Made by a program: the position numbers and the translations under genes | Shown: piece after piece, positions 45,490 to 57,695 of the stretch | Position numbering within the stretch: the stretch's first letter is position 1 | Layout: every line of letters begins with the position of its first letter | Assembly (NCBI GenBank): GCA_002269645.1 | Contig: NIVC01000094.1 | Coordinates: forward strand, 1,054,001 to 1,118,000 | Reading direction: 5' to 3' | Length of the DNA: 64,000 bases | From: Macrostomum lignano | Taxonomy: Eukaryota | Notes under the pieces: model-generated | The model's input: the letters and a program-made list of their open reading frames with translations, nothing else | What the model was told of the DNA's origin: nothing | Databases searched by the model: none

Positions 45490-47985
45490 ACTCTCTCTAT
45501 GGCTACCCTCTCTCTCTATGGCTACCCTCTCTCTCTATGGCTACCCTCTCTCTCTGTCAACCCTCTCTCTGTGTCTACCTTCTCTCTTCTCTCTCTGTCT
45601 ACCTTCTCTCTTCTCTCTGTGTCTACCCTCTCTCTCTGTCAACCCTCTCTCAGTGTGTCAACCCTCTCTCAGTGTGTCTACCATCTCTCAGTGTGTCTAC
45701 CATCTCTCTGTGTGTCTACCCTCTCTCAGTGTGTCTACCATCTCTCTCAGTGTGTCTACCCTCTCTCAATGTGTCTACCCTCTCTCAGTGTGTCTACCCT
45801 CTCTCTGTGTGTCTACCCTCTCTCTGTGTGTCTACCATCTCTCAGTGTGTCTACCCTCTCTCTGTGTGTCTACCCTCTCTCTGTGTGTCTACCATCTCTC
45901 AGTGTGTCTACCCTCTCTCAGTGTGTCTACCCTCTCTCAGTGTGTCTACCCTCTCTCTGTGTGTCTACCCTCTCTCAGTGTGTCTACCCTCTCTCTGTGT
46001 GTCTACCCTCTCTCTGTGTGTCTACCATCTCTCAGTGTGTCTACCCTCTCTCAGTGTGTCTACCCTCTCTCAGTGTGTCTACCCTCTCTCTCAGTGTGTC
46101 TACCCTCTCTCAGTGTGTCTACCCTCTCTCAGTGTGTCTACCCTCTCTCTGTGTGTCTACCATCTCTCAGTGTGTCTACCCTCTCTCAGTGTGTCTACCC
46201 TCTCTCAGTGTGTCTACCCTCTCTCTCAGTGTGTCTACCCTCTCTCAGTGTGTCTACCCTCTCTCAGTGTGTCTACCCTCTCTCTGTGTGTCTACCCTCT
46301 CTCTCAGTGTGTCTACCATCTCTCAGTGTGTCTACCATCTCTCTGTGTGTCTACCATCTCTCAGTGTGTCTACCATCTCTCTCAGTGTGTCTACCCTCTC
46401 TCAATGTGTCTACCCTCTCTCAGTGTGTCTACCCTCTCTCTGTGTGTCTACCCTCTCTCTGTGTGTCTACCATCTCTCAGTGTGTCTACCCTCTCTCTGT
46501 GTGTCTACCCTCTCTCTGTGTGTCTACCATCTCTCAGTGTGTCTACCCTCTCTCAGTGTGTCTACCCTCTCTCAGTGTGTCTACCCTCTCTCAGTGTGTC
46601 TACCCTCTCTCAGTGTGTCTACCCTCTCTCTGTGTGTCTACCCTCTCTCTGTGTGTCTACCATCTCTCAGTGTGTCTACCCTCTCTCAGTGTGTCTACCC
46701 TCTCTCAGTGTGTCTACCCTCTCTCTCAGTGTGTCTACCCTCTCTCAGTGTGTCTACCCTCTCTCAGTGTGTCTACCCTCTCTCTGTGTGTCTACCATCT
46801 CTCAGTGTGTCTACCCTCTCTCAGTGTGTCTACCCTCTCTCAGTGTGTCTACCCTCTCTCTCAGTGTGTCTACCCTCTCTCAGTGTGTCTACCCTCTCTC
46901 AGTGTGTCTACCCTCTCTCTGTGTGTCTACCCTCTCTCTCAGTGTGTCTACCCTCTCTCTGTGTGTCTACCCTCTCTCTGTGTGTCTACCCTCTCTCTGT
47001 GTGTCTACCCTCTCTCTGTGTGTCTACCCTCTCTCTGTGTGTCTACCCTCTCTCTGTGTGTCTACCCTCTCTCAGTGTGTCTACCCTCTCTCTCAGTGTG
47101 TCTACCCTCTCTCTCAGTGTCTACCCTCTCTCTGTGTGTCTACCCTCTCTCTGTGTGTCTACCCTCTCTCTGTGTGTCTACCCTCTCTCAGTGTGTCTAC
47201 CCTCTCTCTGTGTGTCTACCCTCTCTCTGTGTGTCTACCCTCTCTCTGTGTGTCTACCCTCTCTCTGTGTGTCTACCCTCTCTCTGTGTGTCTACCCTCT
47301 CTCTCAGTGTCTACCCTCTCTCTGTGTGTCTACCCTCTATCTGTGTGTCTACCCTCTCTCTCAGTGTCTACCCTCTCTCTGTGTGTCTACCCTCTCTCTC
47401 AGTGTGTCTACCCTCTCTCTCAGTGTCTACCCTCTCTCTGTGTGTCTACCCTCTCTCTCAGTGTGTCTACCCTCTCTCTGTGTGTCTACCCTCTCTCTGT
47501 GTGTCTACCCTCTCTCTGTGTGTCTACCCTCTCTCAGTGTGTCTACCCTCTCTCTGTGTGTCTACCCTCTCTCTGTGTGTCTACCCTCTCTCTGTGTCTC
47601 TACCCTCTCTCTGTGTGTCTACCCTCTCTCAGTGTGTCTACCCTCTCTCTGTGTGTCTACCCTCTCTCTGTGTGTCTACCCTCTCTCTCAGTGTGTCTAC
47701 CCTCTCTCTCAGTGTCTACCCTCTCTCTGTGTGTCTACCCTCTCTCTGTGTGTCTACCCTCTCTCAGTGTGTCTACCCTCTCTCTGTGTGTCTACCCTCT
47801 CTCTGTGTGTCTACCCTCTCTCTGTGTGTCTACCCTCTCTCTCAGTGTCTACCCTCTCTCTCTCACTGTCTACCCTCTCTCTCAGTGTCTACCCTCTCTC
47901 TCTCACTGTCTACCCTCTCTCTCAGTGTCTACCCTCTCTCTCTCACTGTCTACCCTCTCTCTCAGTGTCTACCCTTTCTCAGTAT
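45490..47985. repeat. ~20-bp minisatellite (CTCTCTCAGTGTGTCTACC), 2.5 kb
   Basis: Read directly; accounts for the three ~850-aa spurious ORFs. Confidence 0.97.
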
Positions 47986-50614
47986 TTACTCCCTACTCAC
48001 TCTGCCAACCACCCAACTCCATCTTATTTCGCGTCATTTAGAAGTCGGGACTCCATAGCTAAAAATATTTTTTAATATTGAGTTTGTTTGTTTCAGTTCC
48101 AAGCGAAGTATCTTAAATTTCCCACGATTTCAACGTGCTATTTTTGCCAACTAGAGAACTAGAGAAATAAATATGAAGTTTCACGTTGAGGTCCTTCTCA
48201 ATTTCTTAGAAACAACTTAAAAACAATTTACAACTTGAGTAAAAAACGACTAAGACTCATAAAGCGGCTATTAATTTTCCCTTCAAGTCGAAAAAAATCC
48301 TGCCCCGCGTCCCCTGCCGTTTTTACAACTCGAACTGAATTTTATGGCCCCCATCAGGCAGGGACCACTAGAAGCACATGGGTCGTGGGGGGGGGGGTTG
48401 CAGAAGTTTTACAATTTCGCGAATAGAAACTAAGTCAAAACTCTCAGATCATTTGTCCGCTTCACATTGGAGTTGCGTAATTCTGATATTATTATAGATT
48501 AATTTTTTGTGAATATTAATGCAGAAATTCAGCCTATATTGTAGACATTGATTGCAGTGGGATCTCCTAACAATTTGTTATTTTCCTTGCTCCATCGGAC
48601 TCTGATTGCGTCAGCTCAGGTTTGAGCAGCAAGTGGTCAGTCAGAGAATTTCCCGAGAGAGGCATGAGAGATGAATAGCGGGGATAATGCTCCCACATTC
48701 AAGGCTTCTGCTCATCGTTGGAGGGTTTGGCTGGAGTTCGGAGAGCATTTTCATTATGATGATACTCAAACTCGACAGCAACAGGAGCTCTCCTGGAAGC
48801 AGCAGACTCTCTGTGAATGTTGGTAGTGATAAAGTGAGAATTACTGAGCTGGGAGATTACTGGCTCTTCATCCCTCTCGGCGGCCCTGTCCCGCTGTTGC
48901 CACCCGAGCCTGTCCGCTGCCCGGCCTGCAGTATCGAGTTTTTCTCCCCCAAGGGGGGCGCTGGGAAATGAAGCAAGCAGGCAAAGAGCTGGGTAGAGGG
49001 AGAGTCGGTTTACTTTCTTCCCAAACCGGTCGCTGCAGCCAAGGAGGACTGCATCTGCAATCTGGATTGCAGCGTGATCTTCGTCTAGATCGCGACAAAA
49101 ATATAAATTTGCGCTTCCTACTTTTCCAAAAGTCGTACTCAGAGTCGTATGATTTTTCAGCGAGGATGCGTACAAACCTAGAGATTACTGGTAACGGTAG
49201 TATAAAAGCTGCAAGAGTTTCTGTTTCCAGATTCGGCTTCTGGTCTCCTTGGCCCAGCGCCAAGTCAGATGGGGGAGGGCACCGCAGCGGTGGCTGGAGT
49301 AAACACACCACACACAGTGGGGAAATAGCTAAAAAGAGGAATAGCGGCAATGAGGCAAGTTAGACTGAGATGAGAGATAGGAGAATAGAACTGTCAGTCC
49401 CCCCCCGCCAGTTGGAGGACGAGCCTCCGAAGACAGCTCACTCATCACCGCCTTCTGAAGGCGATCCAATTTTAGATTGGCTTTTTGGTTGGCTGGCCTG
49501 AGTTCAAAAACTTTTTATTATCGAAACTTTTCCTCCAGTGGAGTTTCAAGGCTTCTTCGACTCCTTGGTCGAATAGGATTAGCAAGCCTCGCTTCAGAAA
49601 GTTCTGCACTACTGATGCTTCGATGCTTCAGGGCTTGCACGGTTGCTGGACATGCACCATTTCCCTTCGTACTTTCTGATTGGTCAATCGCAACCCACCC
49701 CATTTTCTTACACACTTTCTGATTGGCCGATTGCAACCCACCCCATTTTCCTTCCCCCATTTTGAAGGTCAGTTGTCGCCCACCTCACTTTCCTTTCCCT
49801 TTCTCTCCCTCCACTAGCGTACATAGCTAATGTACAGTGCAAATCCACCCCATTTCTCATACTTCGCTAATGGACTAATTCACAAAATTCTTGACTTATC
49901 AAACAGTTCGTTAGATCAGAACGTTCATTATTAAGAACTAAAAAAGTGTAAAAAATACTGAAATTTAACCTGCAGTTCTCCCTGCTCATCCTCTGGGGAG
50001 TCCTTGACTCTCCCCGATCCTCTCCGGATGAAGCGATGACGCAATCCAGAGCGGGGTTGTTGCTCTACTCTCTCGGACTGCTGACATGAATTCAGCTGAG
50101 CGCCAGAGCGAGAGGGAATTCCAGGCGGATGATTTGGCCAGATATTTTTATTGTGCATCGGCCTGCATCCCGGACGTTCGTGGGCGCCAATTGCTTAAAA
50201 TCCAGTTTAATCGCTCCCCACAGACCCGGCTCAGCCTCCCTCATGCTCATGCTGCCACGGAGTCTTTGTTCTCCTCTCCGAAATGAAATGGGATTACGCA
50301 ATGAAAACCTATCATTGAATTGCTTCGTCCCACTGGCCTGGGGCGAGAAGGACCAAAAGGGGGATTGAGATGGCCATTTTTAGTTACTTCATCATCGATG
50401 AGGCTGGGAACTGGCGCTCCAGGTGAATTCAATCCGGCCGCTTCACTGCCTCTGGCCGCCTCTGGTCATTAGTTGTTCCAACAATCCACCTGGATCTACT
50501 TTCTCGGGTCCGGTATCCACTTTGCTCTGGATTAGCGTCCTTGCTGTCCCACACTTAATATCCCTTAACAACATCTCCATTTGCCATCTCTCATACCACC
50601 TCTCCCACAGTCCC

Positions 50615-51590
50615 ATCTCCCGCATTCCCTCTCCCGCATTCCCCTCTCCCGCATTCCCCTCTCCCGCATTCCCCTCTCCCGCATTCCCCTCTCCCGCATT
50701 CCCCTCTCCCGCATTCCCCTCTCCCGCATTCCCATCTCCCGCATTCCCATCTCCCACAGTTCCCTCTCCCGCATTCCCCTCTCCCGCATTCCCCTCTCCC
50801 GCATTCCCCTCTCCCGCATTCCCCTCTCCCGCATTCCCCTCTCCCGCATTCCCATCTCCCGCATTCCCATCTTCCGCATTTCCCTCTCCCACATTCCCTT
50901 CTCCCGCATTCCCCTCTCCCGCATTCCCCTCTCCCACATTCCCCTCTCCCACATTCCCCTCTCTCACATTCCCCTCTCCCGCATTCCCCTCTCCCGCATT
51001 CCCCTCTCCCGCATTCCCCTCTCCTGCATTCGCCTCTCCCACATTCCCCTCTCCCGCATTCCCATCTCCCACATTCCCCTCTCCCACATTCCCCTCTCCC
51101 GCATTCCCCTCTCCCGCATTCCCCTCTCCCGCATTCCCCTCTCCCGCATTCCCCTCTCCCACATTCCCCTCTCCCGCATTCCCATCTCCCGCATTCCCCT
51201 CTCCCACATTCCCCTCTCCCACATTCCCCTCTCCCGCATTCCCCTCTCCCGCATTCCCCTCTCCCACATTCCCCTCTCCTGCATTCCCATCTCCTACATT
51301 CCCCTCTCCCACATTCCCCTCTCCCGCATTCCCCTCTCCCACATTCCCCTCTCCCGCATTCCCCTCTCCCGCATTCCCCTCTCCCACATTCCCCTCTCCC
51401 GCATTCCCATCTCCCACATTCCCCTCTCCCACATTCCCCTCTCCCACATTCCCCTCTCCCGCATTCCCCTCTCCCGCATTCCCCTCTCCCGCATTCCCCT
51501 CTCCCGCATTCCCCTCTCCCACATTCCCCTCTCCCGCATTCCCATCTCCCACATTCCCCTCTCCCACATTCCCCTCTCCCGCATTCCCTT
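50615..51590. repeat. 15-bp minisatellite (CCCCTCTCCCGCATT), ~65 copies
   Basis: Read directly. Confidence 0.97.
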
Positions 51591-52189
51591 CTTCCTTAAT
51601 TCCCGTCTTCAATTAATTTCCACTCCCCCAATTCTAATTAATTTCCTGCAATCTGTCCTCAACAAATTGAAAAGCCAATTGCTCTGCTGAGTGGCTGAGA
51701 GCTGCTCTCAATGGCGAAGAAAAGGCAAACCAAGAACCAATTAATAGGAAGCGGGACCTCACTTAGAGGGGACTCAAATTATTGCTTGAGACTCAGCAAT
51801 AAAACTGACTGCTGGTGACAGGTGGCCGGGGACCCGGCACAGGAAATCAGTCTTGGCACGAGAGTTCTGATTTGTAATTTGTTTTTTGGCATTCATAAAC
51901 AGTTGCCAGTTGCTCTCCGCTGCTCTGAGTGCCTTCTCACCTCGTGGAATTCAGCGGCAGCTTTGGGGACACATCTGCATATCTGGGATCTCCTTCCTCT
52001 CCTCTCCCTGGCCATAAGCGGATTGAATTTCAATCAGATTTTGGCTCTGTGACAGCAGCGAAGATTTGGCGACTCTGATCTGACAGCTCCGTAGCCTTAT
52101 CAGCTCAGAATGAGCATTGACTCAAGCAAATTCACAGCCAATGTCTCCTTCAGTGATTTCTCCTCGTTTTTTCTTCTCTTCTCCTCTCT

Positions 52190-53122
52190 CATTGTCTCTG
52201 ATCCTTTCTCCCATTCTCTCTGATCATCTCTCCCTCTCTCTGATCATTTCTCATTCTCTCTGATCCTCTCTCCCTCTCTCTGATCATTTCTCATTCTCTC
52301 TGATCCTCTCTCCCTCTCTCTCTGATCCTCTCTCCCTCTCTCTCTGATCCTTTCTCATTCTCTCTGATCCTCTCTCCCTCTCTCTCTGATCCTCTCTCCC
52401 TCTCTCTATGATCCTCTCTCCCTCTCTCTCTGATCCTCTCTCCCTCTCTCTATGATCCTCTCTCCCTCTCTTTCTGATTCTCTCTCCCTCTCTCTATGAT
52501 CCTCTCTCCCTCTCTCTCTCTGATCCTCTCTCCCTCTCTCTATGATCCTCTCTCCCTCTCTCTCTGATCCTCTCTCCCTCTCTCTATGATCCTCTCTCCC
52601 TCTCTCTCTGATCCTCTCTCCCTCTCTCTATGATCCTCTCTCCCTCTCTCTCTGATTCTCTCTCCCTCTTTCTATGATCCTCTCTCCCTCTTTCTATGAT
52701 CCTCTCTCCCTCTCTCTATGATCCTCTCTCCCTCTCTCTCTGATTCTCTCTATCTCTCTCTCTCTGATCCTCTCTCCCTCTCTCTCTGATCCTCTCTCCC
52801 TCTCTCTATGATCCTCTCTCCCTCTCTCTCTGATCCTCTCTCCCTCTCTCTGATCCTCTCTCCCTCTCTCTGATCCTCTCTCCCTCTCTCTCTGATCCTC
52901 TCTCCCTCTCTCTCTGATCCTCTCTCCCTCTCTCTGATCCTCTCTCCATCTCTCTGATCCTCTCTCCCTCTCTCTCTGATCCTCTCTCCCTCTCTCTCTG
53001 ATCCTCTCTCCCTCTCTCTGATCCTCTCTCCCTCTCTCTGATCCTTTCTCATTCTCTCTGATCCTCTCTCCCTCTCTCTCTGATCCTCTCTCCCTCTCTC
53101 TGATCCTTTCTCATTCTCTCTG

Positions 53123-53192
<70 letters not shown>

Positions 53193-53340
53193 CCTCTCTC
53201 CCTCTCTCTCTGATCCTCTCTCCCTCTTTCTCTGATTCTCTCTGATTCTCTCTGATCCTCTCTCCTTCTCGCTCTGATCCTCTCTCCCTCTCTCTCTCTG
53301 ATCCTCTCTCCCTCTCTCTCTGACCCTCTCACCCTCTGTC
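52190..53340. repeat. Compound (CT)n-GAT microsatellite, same family as 38817-40650
   Basis: Read directly; includes a pure (CT)n run near 53125-53190. Confidence 0.97.
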
Positions 53341-54567
53341 TCTGATCCCCTCTCCGTCTCTCTCTGCCTCCCTCCCCTTTCCCAGATCGTATCTCCATAA
53401 CTCTTCAATTTCCTTTTTACCAATATTCAGAATCCATTTTCGTTTTCCTTCACTGCCCTCTTACTGTCTCTTCAACCCCGGCTCGCTCAGAAACGCAGCT
53501 GTCCCGCAACATATTTTTTCATTCCCGATTTTAAATCCGGGGTGATGCAAGTTTAGCCGTTTCTCACCCGTTCCATTTATGACTTCTACTGGAGCCGTGC
53601 AGCAAAGTGTCACTCAGCGCTCTGGGCCTAAGACAGACACGCGCGCAGCATAATCGACCCAATTTACTCTCTGTCTCCATCGGACAGCCCCCTTTTTGTG
53701 CATTTGCCGCGGAATGGAATATTCGGGCAGTACGATTACGCAACAAGGGTTAGCGGGAGACGCAGAAAGGTGGGGTTGGTGGCCACCATTCAGCACACAC
53801 GCAGAAAAACTAGATATGAAAACCGAGCTATGAATAGGAGGCCATGGTTGTATTCACATGACAGAGCAGGTGATTGATGGAGACAAGGACGGGGCTCAAA
53901 CAGCCTCGGGTCAGGATAATTTCTTGTCCTATACGGGGTCTCTGCCTTGGCCAGCTCACCCAAACCCTTCCCGGGCATCAATTTCCGATCTCACGAAATC
54001 CCCATAGCCAGCAGAATGCCTGTCAAAATGACTGCCAGCAGGTCCTGCGCCGCGATCTCCCCTCTGCCAGGCAGGCAAACCGCACCGTTGTAAAAGGCGC
54101 GGCGGCGGCAGCTTCTCTTATAAAGAAAAAACACGCGCATACAAACATTGGAGTCATATTCCCCTGATTACGTCACATACATTTTTTGCTCAGTGAGTAC
54201 GATCGCTGCATTGGGAGGCAGAATTACTCTTGAGCAACTCTAATGTAGGATATTGCAGAATTCTTAGGCTTCTCAGAATATGAGAGCGCTGAGAAAATTA
54301 ACAGAGTTGGGGGGGGGGGGTAGAAGCATACCTGTTGACTCAGCTAAGGTAGCCAAATAAAAATAACAAATCCAATCAACTATGAGAAATAAAATGCGAA
54401 GTAGCCGCATCAGAAGCAACTGGCACTGACTCTCGGTGGCTGTGCGCAATTTTTAACCAGCTTTGATAAAAAACTGCAGAAAATAATTTTGCATTTCTCC
54501 TACTTAGCTAAGTTTGATATCGCTCCTCGATAGTCATGCTGTCAAAATGGGGTTATATCGGCACCGA

Positions 54568-57500
54568 AATGAGTGTCAGTAGCGTCAGAATGAGTGTCAG
54601 TAGCGTCAGAATGAGTGTCAGTAGCGTCAGAATGAGTGTCAGTAGCGTCAGAATGAGTGTCAGTAGCGTCAGAATGAGTGTCAGTAGCGTCAGAATGAGT
54701 GTCAGTAGCGTCAGAATGAGTGGCAGTAGCGTCAGAATGAGTGTCAGTAGCGTCAGAATGAGTGTCAGTAGCGTCAGAATGAGTGTCAGTAGCGTCAGAA
54801 TGAGTGTCAGTAGCGTCAGAATGAGTGTCAGTAGCGTCAGAATGAGTGTCAGTAGCGTCAGAATGAGTGTCAGTAGCGTCAGAATGAGTGTCAGTAGCGT
54901 CAGAATGAGTGTCAGTAGCGTCAGAATGAGTGTCAGTAGCGTCAGAATGAGTGTCAGTGTCAGTAGCGTCAGAATGAGTGTCAGTAGCGTCAGAATGAGT
55001 GTCAGTAGCGTCAGAATGAGTGTCAGTAGCGTCAGAATGAGTGTCAGTGTCAGTAGCGTCAGAATGAGTGTCAGTAGCGTCAGAATGAGTGTCAGTAGCG
55101 TCAGAATGAGTGTCAGTAGCGTCAGAATGAGTGTCAGTAGCGTCAGAATGAGTGTCAGTAGCGTCAGAATGAGTGTCAGTGTCAGTAGCGTCAGAATGAG
55201 TGTCAGTAGCGTCAGAATGAGTGTCAGTAGCGTCAGAATGAGTGTCAGTAGCGTCAGAATGAGTGTCAGTAGCGTCAGAATGAGTGTCAGTGTCAGTAGC
55301 GTCAGAATGAGTGTCAGTAGCGTCAGAATGAGTGTCAGTAGCGTCAGAATGAGTGTCAGTAGCGTCAGAATGAGTGTCAGTGTCAGTAGCGTCAGAATGA
55401 GTGTCAGTAGCGTCAGAATGAGTGTCAGTAGCGTCAGAATGAGTGTCAGTAGCGTCAGAATGAGTGTCAGTAGCGTCAGAATGAGTGGCAGTAGCGTCAG
55501 AATGAGTGTCAGTAGCGTCAGAATGAGTGTCAGTAGCGTCAGAATGAGTGTCAGTAGCGTCAGAATGAGTGTCAGTGTCAGTAGCGTCAGAATGAGTGTC
55601 AGTAGCGTCAGAATGAGTGTCAGTAGCGTCAGAATGAGTGTCAGTAGCGTCAGAATGAGTGTCAGTAGCGTCAGAATGAGTGTCAGTAGCGTCAGAATGA
55701 GTGTCAGTAGCGTCAGAATGAGTGTCAGTAGCGTCAGAATGAGTGGCAGTAGCGTCAGAATGAGTGTCAGTAGCGTCAGAATGAGTGTCAGTAGCGTCAG
55801 AATGAGTGTCAGTAGCGTCAGAATGAGTGTCAGTGTCAGTAGCGTCAGAATGAGTGTCAGTAGCGTCAGAATGAGTGTCAGTAGCGTCAGAATGAGTGTC
55901 AGTAGCGTCAGAATGAGTGTCAGTAGCGTCAGAATGAGTGTCAGTAGCGTCAGAATGAGTGTCAGTAGCGTCAGAATGAGTGTCAGTAGCGTCAGAATGA
56001 GTGGCAGTAGCGTCAGAATGAGTGTCAGTAGCGTCAGAATGAGTGTCAGTAGCGTCAGAATGAGTGTCAGTAGCGTCAGAATGAGTGTCAGTGTCAGTAG
56101 CGTCAGAATGAGTGTCAGTAGCGTCAGAATGAGTGTCAGTAGCGTCAGAATGAGTGTCAGTAGCGTCAGAATGAGTGTCAGTAGCGTCAGAATGAGTGTC
56201 AGTAGCGTCAGAATGAGTGTCAGTAGCGTCAGAATGAGTGTCAGTAGCGTCAGAATGAGTGTCAGTGTCAGTAGCGTCAGAATGAGTGTCAGTAGCGTCA
56301 GAATGAGTGTCAGTAGCGTCAGAATGAGTGTCAGTAGCGTCAGAATGAGTGTCAGTAGCGTCAGAATGAGTGTCAGTGTCAGTAGCGTCAGAATGAGTGT
56401 CAGTAGCGTCAGAATGAGTGTCAGTAGCGTCAGAATGAGTGTCAGTAGCGTCAGAATGAGTGTCAGTGTCAGTAGCGTCAGAATGAGTGTCAGTAGCGTC
56501 AGAATGAGTGTCAGTAGCGTCAGAATGAGTGTCAGTAGCGTCAGAATGAGTGTCAGTAGCGTCAGAATGAGTGTCAGTAGCGTCAGAATGAGTGTCAGTA
56601 GCGTCAGAATGAGTGTCAGTAGCGTCAGAATGAGTGTCAGTAGCGTCAGAATGAGTGTCAGTAGCGTCAGAATGAGTGTCAGTGTCAGTAGCGTCAGAAT
56701 GAGTGTCAGTAGCGTCAGAATGAGTGTCAGTAGCGTCAGAATGAGTGTCAGTAGCGTCAGAATGAGTGTCAGTAGCGTCAGAATGAGTGTCAGTAGCGTC
56801 AGAATGAGTGTCAGTAGCGTCAGAATGAGTGTCAGTAGCGTCAGAATGAGTGTCAGTGTCAGTAGCGTCAGAATGAGTGTCAGTAGCGTCAGAATGAGTG
56901 TCAGTAGCGTCAGAATGAGTGTCAGTAGCGTCAGAATGAGTGTCAGTAGCGTCAGAATGAGTGTCAGTGTCAGTAGCGTCAGAATGAGTGTCAGTAGCGT
57001 CAGAATGAGTGTCAGTAGCGTCAGAATGAGTGTCAGTAGCGTCAGAATGAGTGTCAGTGTCAGTAGCGTCAGAATGAGTGTCAGTAGCGTCAGAATGAGT
57101 GTCAGTAGCGTCAGAATGAGTGTCAGTAGCGTCAGAATGAGTGTCAGTAGCGTCAGAATGAGTGTCAGTAGCGTCAGAATGAGTGTCAGTAGCGTCAGAA
57201 TGAGTGTCAGTAGCGTCAGAATGAGTGTCAGTAGCGTCAGAATGAGTGTCAGTAGCGTCAGAATGAGTGGCAGTAGCGTCAGAATGAGTGTCAGTAGCGT
57301 CAGAATGAGTGTCAGTAGCGTCAGAATGAGTGTCAGTAGCGTCAGAATGAGTGTCAGTGTCAGTAGCGTCAGAATGAGTGTCAGTAGCGTCAGAATGAGT
57401 GTCAGTAGCGTCAGAATGAGTGTCAGTAGCGTCAGAATGAGTGTCAGTAGCGTCAGAATGAGTGTCAGTAGCGTCAGAATGAGTGTCAGTAGCGTCAGAA

Positions 57501-57695
57501 TGAGTGTCAGTGTCAGTAGCGTCAGAATGAGTGTCAGTAGCGTCAGAATGAGTGTCAGTAGCGTCAGAATGAGTGTCAGTAGCGTCAGAATGAGTGTCAG
57601 TAGCGTCAGAATGAGTGTCAGTAGCGTCAGAATGAGTGTCAGTAGCGTCAGAATGAGTGTCAGTAGCGTCAGAATGAGTGTCAGTAGCGTCAAAG
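54568..57695. repeat. 21-bp satellite (ATGAGTGTCAGTAGCGTCAGA), 3.1 kb, very homogeneous, with 27-bp and TGGCAG variant units
   Basis: Read directly; accounts for the >1000-aa spurious ORFs. Confidence 0.98.
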
